Below are positions 1-9,723 of a stretch of 64,000 bases of DNA, piece by piece. The number at the start of each line of letters is the position of its first letter. Positions within the stretch are counted from its first letter, which is position 1. The notes under the pieces were generated by a model. It was given only the letters and a program-made list of their open reading frames with translations. It ran no database searches and was not told where the DNA came from. A program made the translations under genes and the position numbers. This stretch comes from an uncultured Desulfarculus sp. (GTDB taxonomy: Bacteria; Desulfobacterota; Desulfarculia; Desulfarculales; Desulfarculaceae): positions 192,001-256,000 of the forward strand of contig CAXXUK010000002.1 of NCBI GenBank assembly GCA_963665125.2. Reading direction: 5' to 3'.

Positions 1-1291
1 CCTCATAGCCCAACACGTGACCAAGCTCATCGACGACGGCTCCACCCTGCAAATGAGCCTTGGGGCCACTCCCCAGGCCATTTTGCTGGGCGTGTCCACT
101 AAAAACGATTTGGGCGTGCATACCCAGTTCGTCACCGACGGCACAATGAAGCTGTTTTCCATGGGCGTGATCAACAACAAGAAAAAGGGCTTCAACGAGG
201 GCCGCATGGTGGCCAGCGGGGCCATCGGCAGCAAAAGCCTGTACGAGTTTTTAAACGACAACCCGGCGGTTGGTTTCCATCCCTCGGACTATGTCAACGA
301 TCCGGCCATCATCGCCCGCCACAACAAGATGGTTTCAGTCAACGTGGCCATGGGTATGGACCTGACCGGCCAGGCGGCGGCCGACGCCCTGCCCTACAAT
401 CACTACTCCGGCGTAAACGGGACCATGGACTTCATCCGGGGAGCACAGAACTCGCCGGGCGGCAAGTCCATTTTGATGCTGCCCTCGACCACCCTGGACG
501 GCAAGTCCAGCCGCATTGTCGCGGACCTGGGCTCCATACCCATCGTGGTGCCCAGGGCTGACGTGCAATACGTGGTAACCGAATTCGGCGTGGTCAACCT
601 GTTCGGCAAGACCCTTCAGGAGCGGGCCATCGCCCTTATCAGCATCGCCCATCCTGATTTCCGCGACGAATTGTATGAAAAGGCCAAGGACATCGGCCTG
701 TTGGCTCCGGAGCGCACCTTTGCCGACACCATCAAGAGCGTATACCCCCTCAAGTTGGAGGAAAGACGGACCATCGACGGCCAGGAGGTGTTCTTCCGTC
801 CGGCCCGGCCCACCGACGAGCGCAGCATCCAGGAGCACTACTACAGCCTGGACCACCGCGACGTGGTGCGGCGCTTCATGGCCGAAAAATCCAGCTTTCT
901 GCGGGAAGACCTGGTGGGCATGTACCAGGTGGACTATATCCATGACATGACCATGGTGGCCTCGGTGGGCGAACTGGGCTTTGAAAAGGTAATCGCCGTG
1001 GGCGGCTATTTCCTCAACCCGGCCACCAATATCGCCGAGGTGGCCTACAGCGTGAGCAAGGAGTGGCAGGGCAAGGGCATCTCGAAGATCATTCAGGAAA
1101 AACTGGCCAACGCGGCAAGGGAGCACGGCATCGCCGGGCTGGAGGCCTACACCTTCCCCCACAACAAGGCAATGATCGGCCTGTTCGACAAGCTGCCCTA
1201 CGAGGTGCACACCAAGCTGGTGGAGGACACCCTGGTTCTGGAATGCCGCTTTGACGAGCCGAAAAAAGTAGAGGAGTCCTGCCAGGTCTAG
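1..1291 (+). CDS. Acetyl-CoA hydrolase/CoA-transferase C-terminal domain fused to GNAT acetyltransferase (5' end outside window)
   Basis: DLTGQ, DFIRGA..S.GGKSI and YVVTEFGV motifs of class I CoA-transferases; C-terminal GNAT (EVAYSVSKEWQGKGI, N..M..LF.KL). Confidence 0.85.
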   Translation, partial: LIAQHVTKLIDDGSTLQMSLGATPQAILLGVSTKNDLGVHTQFVTDGTMKLFSMGVINNKKKGFNEGRMVASGAIGSKSLYEFLNDNPAVGFHPSDYVNDPAIIARHNKMVSVNVAMGMDLTGQAAADALPYNHYSGVNGTMDFIRGAQNSPGGKSILMLPSTTLDGKSSRIVADLGSIPIVVPRADVQYVVTEFGVVNLFGKTLQERAIALISIAHPDFRDELYEKAKDIGLLAPERTFADTIKSVYPLKLEERRTIDGQEVFFRPARPTDERSIQEHYYSLDHRDVVRRFMAEKSSFLREDLVGMYQVDYIHDMTMVASVGELGFEKVIAVGGYFLNPATNIAEVAYSVSKEWQGKGISKIIQEKLANAAREHGIAGLEAYTFPHNKAMIGLFDKLPYEVHTKLVEDTLVLECRFDEPKKVEESCQV

Positions 1292-1314
1292 CCGGGCACA
1301 ATCATCTGAACCAC

Positions 1315-1352
1315 AAAGCCCTCGCCCGATACCGGGTTGGGGGCTTTTTCTT
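1315..1352 (+). terminator. Probable intrinsic terminator between convergent genes
   Basis: AAAGCCCTC...GGGGGCTTT stem followed by T-run. Confidence 0.6.
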
Positions 1353-2240
1353 TTACACCGGGTCGATATGCACGATGACCTGGTCCAGGCCCTCGACATC
1401 GCGCAGCAGGCACAGTTCCACCGTCTTGGCGATGGCGTGGCCCTCGGCAACGGTGAGGTCCTTGGGCACGGCCACATGGATCTGGGCCTGGATCAACCCG
1501 CCCGAGGTACGCACCTTGAGGTCGTGAAAATTCTTTACGCCGGGCACGGTGAGCACGCAATGCTTGATGGAGCCGATGACCTCCGGGGGCGGGGCGGCGT
1601 CGGAAAGCTCGCGCATGGACTTCCACACGGTCATGAATCCGGCCCAGAGGATCATCGCCGCCACGACCATGGTCGCCGCGCCGTCGGCCCAATGGGCTCC
1701 GGGCCAGACCATGGCGACGGCCACGCCGAGAAGGACCGCAACCGAGGACAGGGCGTCGCTGCGGTGATGCCAGGCGTTGGCCTGCACCGAGGCGCTTTTG
1801 ATGCGCTTGCCGATGTTCATGGTCATCCGGTAAAGCACTTCCTTGACGACAATGCTCACCAGGGCCACCAAAAGTGCTATTGCCGTGGGCTGGGGCTGGG
1901 GCGGACCGGTGATGTCCAGCCACGAGTCGTAAAACAACACCGCCGATGCCCCGGCCAGGATCAGTCCGACGATGGCCGCGGCCATGGTCTCCACCCGGCC
2001 GTGGCCGAAGTGGTGATTGGCGTCCGGGGCCTTGCCCCGCATGCGCAGGCCCCACAGCACTATGAAATCGCTGAACAGATCGCTCAGCGAATGGATCGCG
2101 TCGGCTATCAGTGCTTGGCTGCGGCCCAGCCAGCCGCCGATCAGCTTGACCACGGTCAGCAGTATGTTGGCCAATAGGCCGATCCAGGTGATCCGGCGGC
2201 CCGACCGTTCTTTTTGTTCGCCAGGGCTGTTTATACTCAT
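1353..2240 (-). CDS. Cation diffusion facilitator (FieF-like) metal transporter
   Basis: SQALIADAIHSLSD, HHFGHGRVE and HHRSDA motifs; C-terminal dimerisation domain ending VHIDP. Confidence 0.92.
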   Translation of the reverse strand: MSINSPGEQKERSGRRITWIGLLANILLTVVKLIGGWLGRSQALIADAIHSLSDLFSDFIVLWGLRMRGKAPDANHHFGHGRVETMAAAIVGLILAGASAVLFYDSWLDITGPPQPQPTAIALLVALVSIVVKEVLYRMTMNIGKRIKSASVQANAWHHRSDALSSVAVLLGVAVAMVWPGAHWADGAATMVVAAMILWAGFMTVWKSMRELSDAAPPPEVIGSIKHCVLTVPGVKNFHDLKVRTSGGLIQAQIHVAVPKDLTVAEGHAIAKTVELCLLRDVEGLDQVIVHIDPV

Positions 2241-2594
2241 ACAAGTTCCTAGAATTTGGTCAGGGCATTATAACCGGAATAGGGGCAAGATAAAACCAGG
2301 GCGGCCATTCCGGGCTTTCTGTTTTGCCCCGGTGGGCCATTTTTTTGTGGACCGTGGTTCTTAATCACCTGATTTTTTTGGCTCAGAATTAATGCGGGCC
2401 ATACTTTTATCGGGCCAGCTTTTCCACGGCTCTGTTTTACTGCGCCCGTGTTTCCGGCAGGCCCGGTCTTTGGCGCTGTTCTTTAAAATCCCGAAAAGTC
2501 GGACAAATGCAAAAAAGCGAGAAGCTGTTTCCTTTTGCCAGGCGCATTGGTCCCTGCCATAATCAAAAGAACAATCGCCCATATGGAGAAGCAA

Positions 2595-4493
2595 ATGAGC
2601 AAAAAGGCATCGCGGTCGCTGATCAGCAGCTATGACCTGCACCTGTTCAACGAGGGCAGCCACACCAAGATCTATGAAAAGATGGGCGCCCATGTCACCG
2701 ACGATGGCTGCCATTTCAGCGTGTGGGCCCCCAACGCCCATATGGTTTTTGTTTTCGGCGATTTCAATGACTGGCAAAAGCATTCCATGCCCATGGTCAG
2801 AAAAGACCAGTCGGGCATCTGGGAGGCCTTCGTTCCCGGCGCCAAGGTGGGTCAGTCGTATAAATATCACATTGAATCAAAGTACATGGCCTACAAGGTC
2901 GACAAGGCCGACCCAATCGGCTTCATGCACGAGACGCCGCCCAAGACCGCCAGCGTCATCCGTAATCTGGACTATGAATGGGGCGACGCCGATTGGATGG
3001 CCAAGCGGGCCCAAGCCGACTATCTGAGGCAGCCGGTGAGCGCCTACGAGGTCCACGCCGGGTCGTGGCGCTGGACCGGCGGCGAGGACTCCCGGCCCCT
3101 GGGCTATGAGGAGTTGGGCCGCCAGCTGGCCGAGTACTGCACCAGAATGAGTTACACTCATGTGGAACTGTTGCCCGTAATGGAGCACCCCTACGGCCTG
3201 TCCTGGGGCTACCAGTGCACCGGATTCTTCGCGCCCACCAGCCGTTTCGGCACGCCCCAGGACTTCATGCGCATGGTCGACATCCTGCACCAGGCGGACA
3301 TCGGAGTGATCCTGGATTGGGTGCCCAGCCATTTCCCGGAGGACGAGCACGGCCTGAAGTTTTTTGACGGCACCCACCTCTACGAGCATGCCGACCCCCG
3401 CCAGGGCTTTCACCCGGATTGGAAAAGCGCCATCTTCAACTACGGCCGCAACGAGGTGCGCTCGTTTTTGCTCTCCAGCGCCAATTTCTGGCTGGACGTG
3501 ATGCACTGCGACGGCTTGCGGGTCGATGCGGTGGCCTCGCTGTTGTATCTGAACTTTTCCCGCGAGGAAGGCGAGTGGATACCCAACGAATACGGCGGCA
3601 ATGAAAACCTGGCCGCGGTGAGTCTGCTCAGGCGGCTCAACAGCGATGTCTACGGCAACTACCCCGGCGTGATGACCATTGCCGAGGAGTCCACGGCCTG
3701 GCCCATGGTCAGCCGGCCGACCTATCTGGGCGGCCTGGGATTCGGCTACAAGTGGGACATGGGCTGGATGCACGACACGCTCAAGTATTTCGGACTGGAC
3801 CCCATCCACCGCAGGTATCACCACAACAAACTGACATTCCGGGGCTTGTACGCCTATAGCGAAAACTATGTCCTGGCCTTGAGCCACGACGAGGTGGTTC
3901 ACGGCAAGCGCTCGATGATCGACAAGATGCCCGGCGATTTGTGGCGGCAGTTCGCCAACCTGCGGCTGTTGTACGCCTATCAGTACGCCCAGCCGGGCAA
4001 GAAGCTGCTGTTCATGGGCGGCGAGTTCGGCCAACGCAGCGAATGGTATTCAGAGGTGAGCCTGGATTGGCAGTTGCTGGAGTTTCCCGAGCACCGGGGC
4101 CTCCAGGACTGGGTGGCCGACCTCAACGCCCTGTACAAGAGCAACCCGGCCATGCACCGCCTGGACTGCGACCCGTCCGGTTTCAGCTGGATCGACTGCA
4201 ACGACTGGGACAACAGCGTCCTGGCCCTGATGCGCTACGACGGCCGGGGCGCCAAGGTGGCCGCGGTGTTCAACTTCACGCCCATCGTGCGCCGTGGCTA
4301 TCTGGTGGGCGTGGACCAGGGCGGCCAATGGCGCGAGGTGCTAAACAGCGACGCCAAGTGTTACGGCGGATCGGATGTGGGCAACGGCGGGATGGTCACG
4401 GCCCATGAAGGCGAGGTGCACGGCAGGCCGTATCATCTTAGTTTGACCCTGCCGCCGCTGGGCGCGTTGTTCTTCGAGCCTGTGGAAGATTAG
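2595..4493 (+). CDS. glgB: 1,4-alpha-glucan branching enzyme (GH13)
   Basis: FSVWAPNA, ILDWVPSHFP, LRVDAV, IAEES, SHDEVVHGK; GGAG RBS before ATG 2595. Confidence 0.96.
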   Translation: MSKKASRSLISSYDLHLFNEGSHTKIYEKMGAHVTDDGCHFSVWAPNAHMVFVFGDFNDWQKHSMPMVRKDQSGIWEAFVPGAKVGQSYKYHIESKYMAYKVDKADPIGFMHETPPKTASVIRNLDYEWGDADWMAKRAQADYLRQPVSAYEVHAGSWRWTGGEDSRPLGYEELGRQLAEYCTRMSYTHVELLPVMEHPYGLSWGYQCTGFFAPTSRFGTPQDFMRMVDILHQADIGVILDWVPSHFPEDEHGLKFFDGTHLYEHADPRQGFHPDWKSAIFNYGRNEVRSFLLSSANFWLDVMHCDGLRVDAVASLLYLNFSREEGEWIPNEYGGNENLAAVSLLRRLNSDVYGNYPGVMTIAEESTAWPMVSRPTYLGGLGFGYKWDMGWMHDTLKYFGLDPIHRRYHHNKLTFRGLYAYSENYVLALSHDEVVHGKRSMIDKMPGDLWRQFANLRLLYAYQYAQPGKKLLFMGGEFGQRSEWYSEVSLDWQLLEFPEHRGLQDWVADLNALYKSNPAMHRLDCDPSGFSWIDCNDWDNSVLALMRYDGRGAKVAAVFNFTPIVRRGYLVGVDQGGQWREVLNSDAKCYGGSDVGNGGMVTAHEGEVHGRPYHLSLTLPPLGALFFEPVED

Positions 4494-4625
4494 GCCGGGG
4501 CGGCCCAATGCTTGGGCTCCCATATCGCGGGCAGCACTCAGTATTCCAACAAACACCAATGGCCCCGACCGGGCATTTCTAAATAGCAATCCCCTGCTTT
4601 ACGGATAGGCCGCCCAGGACGGGCG

Positions 4626-4839
4626 GCCCGGCGCGGCGCGAAGCCACGCGCCGTAAGCCCCGGAACGGATTCATTCCGGCCGGGGTGCTGCACCTCGGAC
4701 CCAAGGACGGGCCGAGGTGCAAGAAAATAGCAGGGCCAGCCCGGCGCGGCGCGAAGCCACGCGCCGTAAGCCCCGGAACGGATTCATTCCGGCCGGGGCG
4801 CTGCACCACGGGGCCATGGATGGCCCGTGGTGCAAGAAA
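4626..4839. repeat. Two 101-bp direct repeats (4626-4726, 4739-4839), each with three hairpins; REP-like
   Basis: 8 differences between copies, first 60 nt identical, 12-nt spacer; lies between convergent genes. Confidence 0.9.
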
Positions 4840-4842
4840 TCG

Positions 4843-5460
4843 TTACTTTTTCAGTTCGTTCAGCATATCCTTGGCCACCTGCACGGAAAAGGAATTCGGG
4901 TCCTTGGCGTGCTTGATCACCTTCTCATACCAAAGCTTTGCTTCATCCTTGCGGCCGCACTCTTTGAGAGCATCGGCATAGAGCACCCAAGTGGCCAAGC
5001 CCTGGTCCGAAGGCGGCACGGGGATGGACGGCACCACCTCGGCATACAAGTCGGCGGCCTTGCAGTACTGGCCGGTTTCCTCGTAAAGCCTCACCAGCCG
5101 CTCCTTGACCTGGGGCACGCCCTGGGAATTTGGGTATGTTTTGAGGAAATGCTCCAACAAGGTGACGGCTTCCTTGGTGCGGGCCGGCTCATAGCCCAAA
5201 ATCAGCAGGTTGGAAAGCCGCCAGCAGGAGATCTCGGCATATTCGGTGTCCGGGCACTGCTCGATAATCTCATGGTATCCTTTATAAAATACATCGAGAT
5301 CTTCCTGGGGCGTCTGGCTCAGCTTGGTGAAGATGGCCTTTGCTTTGGCCTTTTGTTCGTTTGGGGATAGCTTTTCTGCCGCCTGGCACAGGCCGAGGCC
5401 AATGGTGAGGACCAAAACGACAGCGATTACCAGGGCCGGCTTGCAGTTTTTTACAAACAC
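4843..5460 (-). CDS. Exported TPR-like helical repeat protein
   Basis: Signal peptide; TPR-like segments (FLKTYPNS, EAKLWYEKVI); AGGAG RBS before GTG. Confidence 0.75.
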   Translation of the reverse strand: MFVKNCKPALVIAVVLVLTIGLGLCQAAEKLSPNEQKAKAKAIFTKLSQTPQEDLDVFYKGYHEIIEQCPDTEYAEISCWRLSNLLILGYEPARTKEAVTLLEHFLKTYPNSQGVPQVKERLVRLYEETGQYCKAADLYAEVVPSIPVPPSDQGLATWVLYADALKECGRKDEAKLWYEKVIKHAKDPNSFSVQVAKDMLNELKK

Positions 5461-5698
5461 GATACTGCTCCTGTTGAAAAGGACGGTGAATGGGGGCAGC
5501 TATTGAATGTTCGGGTTATGGAAACGATTTTAACACCTGTTTGGGCTCCTTTGGCTAAAACAATACGCGATGACAAAAAACAGCGAAGAATTGAATTGCC
5601 ATCGTCAATATTTGGCACAATTGTGAAAAGCTCAAAATGAACGGTTGTGCCAAACCTCCACGGGGTCTAAAATCACAGCGGGAGCAAGGGAGAAAGCC

Positions 5699-6355
5699 AT
5701 GCATGCCGGGCAAAACCTGGCCCAGGCAGCCATTGACGCACGCTGGTTGTTGCAAAGGGGTTATCCGCGCCAAAAGGTGCTGGACCTGACCGGCGACCGC
5801 CACGCCTTGGACCGCGAAGCCCGGGAGATGATCGCCCGGGGGGTTTTCAACCCGGAAGAGGCCCGAAAACGCAGACAAAAACTGCACGGTTTGGGTCAAT
5901 TGGCTGGCGCCCGCACGGCCGTGGACGGCCACAACGTCATAATCACCCTGGAAACGGCCCTGCGCGGCGATTTGCTCCTTCTGGCCGACGACGGGGCTGT
6001 GCGGGACATCGCCCGGCTGGGCCGCAACCACCGGCCTGGTAGTCTGACCTTGCGGGCGGCGCGGCTGGCCGTGGAAGCCCTGCAACGGGCCGGGGTGGCC
6101 GGGGCCGAGTTTTTCATGCACAGGCCGCTGCCCAAAAGCGGCTGGCTGGCCGGGGAGATCAGAGGCATGCTCCGGGAAGCGGGCCTGGCCGGAGACGCCC
6201 TGACGGTGGATTCGCCCAGGGCTTGCCTGGACGGTTGGCCCGGCCCGGTGTGCAGCGCCGATTCGGCGGTGATTGAAAAGGCGCGAACTCCGGTGGATCT
6301 GGCCGGAGAAATAATAAGGGCCATGATGCCCGCACCAACGGTGAAGAGCCTTTGA
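5699..6355 (+). CDS. DUF434-domain protein
   Basis: WLLQRGYP...GDRHAL, VDGHNVIITLE, DGAVRDIA and SADS motifs. Confidence 0.8.
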   Translation: MHAGQNLAQAAIDARWLLQRGYPRQKVLDLTGDRHALDREAREMIARGVFNPEEARKRRQKLHGLGQLAGARTAVDGHNVIITLETALRGDLLLLADDGAVRDIARLGRNHRPGSLTLRAARLAVEALQRAGVAGAEFFMHRPLPKSGWLAGEIRGMLREAGLAGDALTVDSPRACLDGWPGPVCSADSAVIEKARTPVDLAGEIIRAMMPAPTVKSL

Positions 6356-7350
6356 TGATGACGCAACACGCGGATACAGCACAAAAAAAACATTCAGCCC
6401 TGGGCCTGTATTCCGGCGGTCTGGACTCCATGCTGGCAGCCTTGGTCTTGCAACGGGCCGGGGTTGATGTCCAGGTCGTCACCTTTGCCTCGCCGTTTTT
6501 CGACGCGGCAGGGCCCAAAACCTCCGCTGAGAAACTGGGTCTGAAGCACCACGCCATTGAATTGGGCGCTGATTACCTGGCCCTGGTCAAGGACCCGCCC
6601 AGGGGCTACGGCTCCAACATGAATCCCTGCGTGGACTGCCATGCATTCATGCTGAAGAAGGCCGGGGAACTGGCCGACAGCCTGGGCCTGGATTTCCTGT
6701 TCACCGGCGAGGTCCTGGGCCAGCGCCCCATGAGCCAGAACAAGGGCGCTCTCAACGCCGTTCTCAAGGACAGCGGCCGGGCCGGTTCGATTCTGCGGCC
6801 CCTTTCGGCCAAGCTGCTGCAACCCACACCCATGGAAGAATCCGGCATGGTGGACCGCTCCAAACTCATGGACATCAGCGGCCGGGGCCGCAAGCGCCAG
6901 ATGGAGTTGGCCCAGGAGTTCGGGCTGAGCGAGTATCCTTCACCAGCCGGTGGCTGCCTGCTTACAGATCCAGGTTTCAGCAAACGCTTGAAGGATCTGT
7001 GGGACCATGATCCCTCGGCCGGGGCGGCCAGGCTTGAGTTGTTGAAGTTGGGCCGGCATCTGCGTTTGTCGGATCGTACCAAGCTGGTGGTGGGCCGCAA
7101 TCAGGCCGAAAACGGCCTGCTGGAGCAGAGCGCCGCCGGCGCCCTTACCATGCGGGCCAAGGCCATCCCCGGCCCCATGGCCTTGTATTTCGGCCCGGAA
7201 AACGGCCCGGATTTGGAACTTGCCGCGGCAATCGTGGCCGGCTACGGCAAGGCCCAGCCCGGCGAAATGGTGGATATGCTTCTCGGCGATGGCCGGGAAA
7301 TGGTCACCGAGGCCCTGCACCGCCGCAATGCCCAGGAGATGCTGCTGTGA
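6352..7350 (+). CDS. PP-loop tRNA sulfurtransferase-like protein (ThiI/MnmA-related, C-terminal DUF814-like domain)
   Basis: SGGLDS PP-loop, NPCVDCH, TGEVLGQRPMSQ, PAGGCLLTDP, GRH.R..VVGRN. Confidence 0.8.
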   Translation: MMMTQHADTAQKKHSALGLYSGGLDSMLAALVLQRAGVDVQVVTFASPFFDAAGPKTSAEKLGLKHHAIELGADYLALVKDPPRGYGSNMNPCVDCHAFMLKKAGELADSLGLDFLFTGEVLGQRPMSQNKGALNAVLKDSGRAGSILRPLSAKLLQPTPMEESGMVDRSKLMDISGRGRKRQMELAQEFGLSEYPSPAGGCLLTDPGFSKRLKDLWDHDPSAGAARLELLKLGRHLRLSDRTKLVVGRNQAENGLLEQSAAGALTMRAKAIPGPMALYFGPENGPDLELAAAIVAGYGKAQPGEMVDMLLGDGREMVTEALHRRNAQEMLL

Positions 7351-7808
7351 GTTTCGAGGTCAGCCTGACGGCGGTGCGTCGCATTCAAGCGCCCAAGCAG
7401 TTGGTCTGGGAGGTCTTTTCCGATTTCGTTGATTGGCCTCGCTGGAACCACGGTGTAAAACATGCCCAAATGGGAGGCACCGGCCAAATGGACGTGGGCG
7501 GGGCCGTCGTCCTGGGGCTTCGGCCCCTGGGCCTGCCCGTAACCGTCAGGGGCCAGGTGGTTCAGGCCGTGCCGGGCAGCAAGGTCGTCATCACCGGGCG
7601 CTGGCTGGGCATCACCGGCTGGCAGACTTTTTCCTTCCAGGAGATGAACGGCGGCACCCTGGTCCAGGCCCACGAGATGCTCAGCGGCTGGATGCTGGGG
7701 CCGCTGCATATCTTCGCCGCCACCCGCAAAGTCGGCAACATGGTCCGCAACTGGCTGGAGGCCCTGTCCCAGGAGGCCGAGCGGCGGGCGGCGGAACAAA
7801 TTCAATAA
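7347..7808 (+). CDS. SRPBCC (START-like) family protein
   Basis: IQAP..LVWEVFSDF..WPRWN signature; overlaps upstream stop (GTGA). Confidence 0.8.
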   Translation: MSFEVSLTAVRRIQAPKQLVWEVFSDFVDWPRWNHGVKHAQMGGTGQMDVGGAVVLGLRPLGLPVTVRGQVVQAVPGSKVVITGRWLGITGWQTFSFQEMNGGTLVQAHEMLSGWMLGPLHIFAATRKVGNMVRNWLEALSQEAERRAAEQIQ

Positions 7809-7851
7809 AAGCTCGCACATCTTACTGCATCACCGTTCCCATACCAGGCGC

Positions 7852-8937
7852 CTATCCACCGGTTACAGCCCGGACGGCCCGCTCGGCGCTGGCCAGGGCG
7901 CCTTCGATGTAGCCGCCGAACTGGTCCGAGGTTTCTGTTCCCAAAAACACAACGAGCCCGTCCCATATGCCAGTCCTGCCCGCCGGTGGCTGGTAAAGCG
8001 GGTGCTCGTGGACCGGCCTGTGATCATATTCCGTGGCAGTGAACCGTTCCATGGCCCAGTCCTGGTAAAAAACCGCCGTGGGCCTGCCCGCCGCTTCCCC
8101 GTAGAGCAGTTGAAGCTGCCGGAGGGTTGCATCGATCACCATCTGTTTGTTTTGCCGCCGGGCCGCCGGAATCCCGATAAATCCCGTCAGTCCGAAAGGA
8201 TCGTCCCTATTGCTGGAGCCGTCGTGGATCTCCGCAAGCGGGCCGTGCTCGCTGAAGGCCTGGCCCGAAAGTCCGGCTTTTCGCCAGTCGGACCGGTCGT
8301 ACAGGGCAAAGAATTTTGCCTGACCGGCCATCCAGGTGCTGGTCTTGAGCATGGCCTGGGTCAGTTGATGAGACAGTTCGGGGGTGAACAGGATAGTGGC
8401 CGCCGCCAGCCTCGGCGGCAGGGCCAGCAGTATCCTGGAGGCCTTGAATTGGCGGCGGGGTTTTTGGCCCAGCGTTCCGACGCTTATCACCGTGTGGTCT
8501 GTTTTCCGTTCAATTTCGCAGACCGGGTGGTTTAGCAGGATGGCGTCCCGGGGGATCTTTTTGCGCAGGCCGTCGACCAGGGAGATCATGCCCCCGCTGA
8601 TCCGCCAGCTTTCCGGTTCCATGGGATAGCCGGAAACGGTTCCGACCCTTCCATCCATGGCCTGGAACCGCCCGTAACCGGTGTCGTACTGGGGGTATCC
8701 ATTGAGCCCCAGGTGCCGGACAAGCCTTTTTACCCTGGGGTTTATGGCCGGCCAATACCAGGACGGGCCGAGATCAATGAAATATCCCTGATGGTCCGGA
8801 CTCAAGATCCTGCCGCCGATCCGGTCCCGGGCTTCCAGCAGGATAAAAGCCTCTCCCTTTTGGGCCAAAAGAGATGCGGCGTAGATGCCGCTTATGCCGG
8901 CGCCGATGATGATTGTCTGGGTTTTTTCCTTGGGCAT
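7852..8937 (-). CDS. Flavin monoamine oxidase family protein
   Basis: GAGISG, LEARDRIGGR, DLGPSWYWP, GTET...GGYIEGAL. Confidence 0.9.
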   Translation of the reverse strand: MPKEKTQTIIIGAGISGIYAASLLAQKGEAFILLEARDRIGGRILSPDHQGYFIDLGPSWYWPAINPRVKRLVRHLGLNGYPQYDTGYGRFQAMDGRVGTVSGYPMEPESWRISGGMISLVDGLRKKIPRDAILLNHPVCEIERKTDHTVISVGTLGQKPRRQFKASRILLALPPRLAAATILFTPELSHQLTQAMLKTSTWMAGQAKFFALYDRSDWRKAGLSGQAFSEHGPLAEIHDGSSNRDDPFGLTGFIGIPAARRQNKQMVIDATLRQLQLLYGEAAGRPTAVFYQDWAMERFTATEYDHRPVHEHPLYQPPAGRTGIWDGLVVFLGTETSDQFGGYIEGALASAERAVRAVTGG

Positions 8938-9250
8938 GATCGATGAAGCGTCTCTGTGTGCATTATCTCGGATTAATATCTCGTATATGGTTTATACACC
9001 CACAAAGACTAAAGATTAACGGTTCTTTGGAATTGGCCCAATTTTATGAGTGATCTGGGGACACTCAAAAGTGAATGGCTGTGGAATCCCAAGTTGTCGG
9101 AGCAGGTAGGCTGTGAGGCTATCCGGGCGCATTTGCTCTGGCGCGACCGGGCCATTGGTTATAAACAGCCCGACCGCGCTAGGTTAACTTGAGCGCCATC
9201 CGGCGGATGATCGAATGAAGGGAACAGCGCAAATCCCCACTGATCCAAGC

Positions 9251-9667
9251 CTAATGACCGCACCCGTTCATGTGGGGGCCGACGCACGTCCTGCTGGCCG
9301 GGTTCCACATCTGGCAGTCGTACGGGCATTTGGTGTTGGGGTCCACCCAACCCGGACAGGAAATGTCCTTCCTCATGTTGGTGCAATCCTGATTGCATGC
9401 CTTCAACTGGACTTCGCAATTGTTGCGGCACGGGATCTGGGGGCCAAGGCCGCAGTTCCTTTGGCATGCGTAATAAGCATCCGTGCATGGCCTTTTGCAA
9501 TCCGGGAAAAGCTTCAGGCAGCAATCTTAGCAGGAATTATTGCCTGGTGGGCAACCCAAAGAGCAGTCCCCCGCCGTGCCGAAGATGGCCAGGGCCGGAG
9601 ACGGGGCCAGGCACAGCAGCGCGACGATAGCCAGCAGGGCCGAACATGCATAGGTTGGTTTTTTCAT
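9251..9667 (-). pseudogene. Cys-rich secreted protein gene (139 codons) with one in-frame TAA at codon 47; absent from ORF track
   Basis: AAGGAGG RBS (9674-9680), ATG 9667, 27-aa signal peptide ending ALA, 18 Cys in mature part, TAA at 9527-9529, TAG at 9251-9253. Confidence 0.8.
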
Positions 9668-9683
9668 GATAGGCCTCCTTGCA

Positions 9684-9714
9684 GGCCGGGCTGACTATGG
9701 CAATCAGCCCGGCC
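9684..9714. other. Perfect 11-bp intergenic hairpin without U-tract
   Basis: GGCCGGGCTGA-N9-TCAGCCCGGCC between amidinotransferase stop and the next RBS. Confidence 0.65.
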
Positions 9715-9723
9715 GCGATTTGT

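Noticed and set aside
4626..4839. CRISPR array
   Set aside because: Only two 101-bp units with a 12-nt spacer; no cas genes.
9527..9529. Sec/Pyl recoding of the internal stop
   Set aside because: The codon is TAA, not TGA or TAG.
9159..9694. Track ORFs 9159-9524, 9215-9694 and 9397-9630
   Set aside because: Shadows of the Cys-rich minus-strand frame, which has the RBS and signal peptide.
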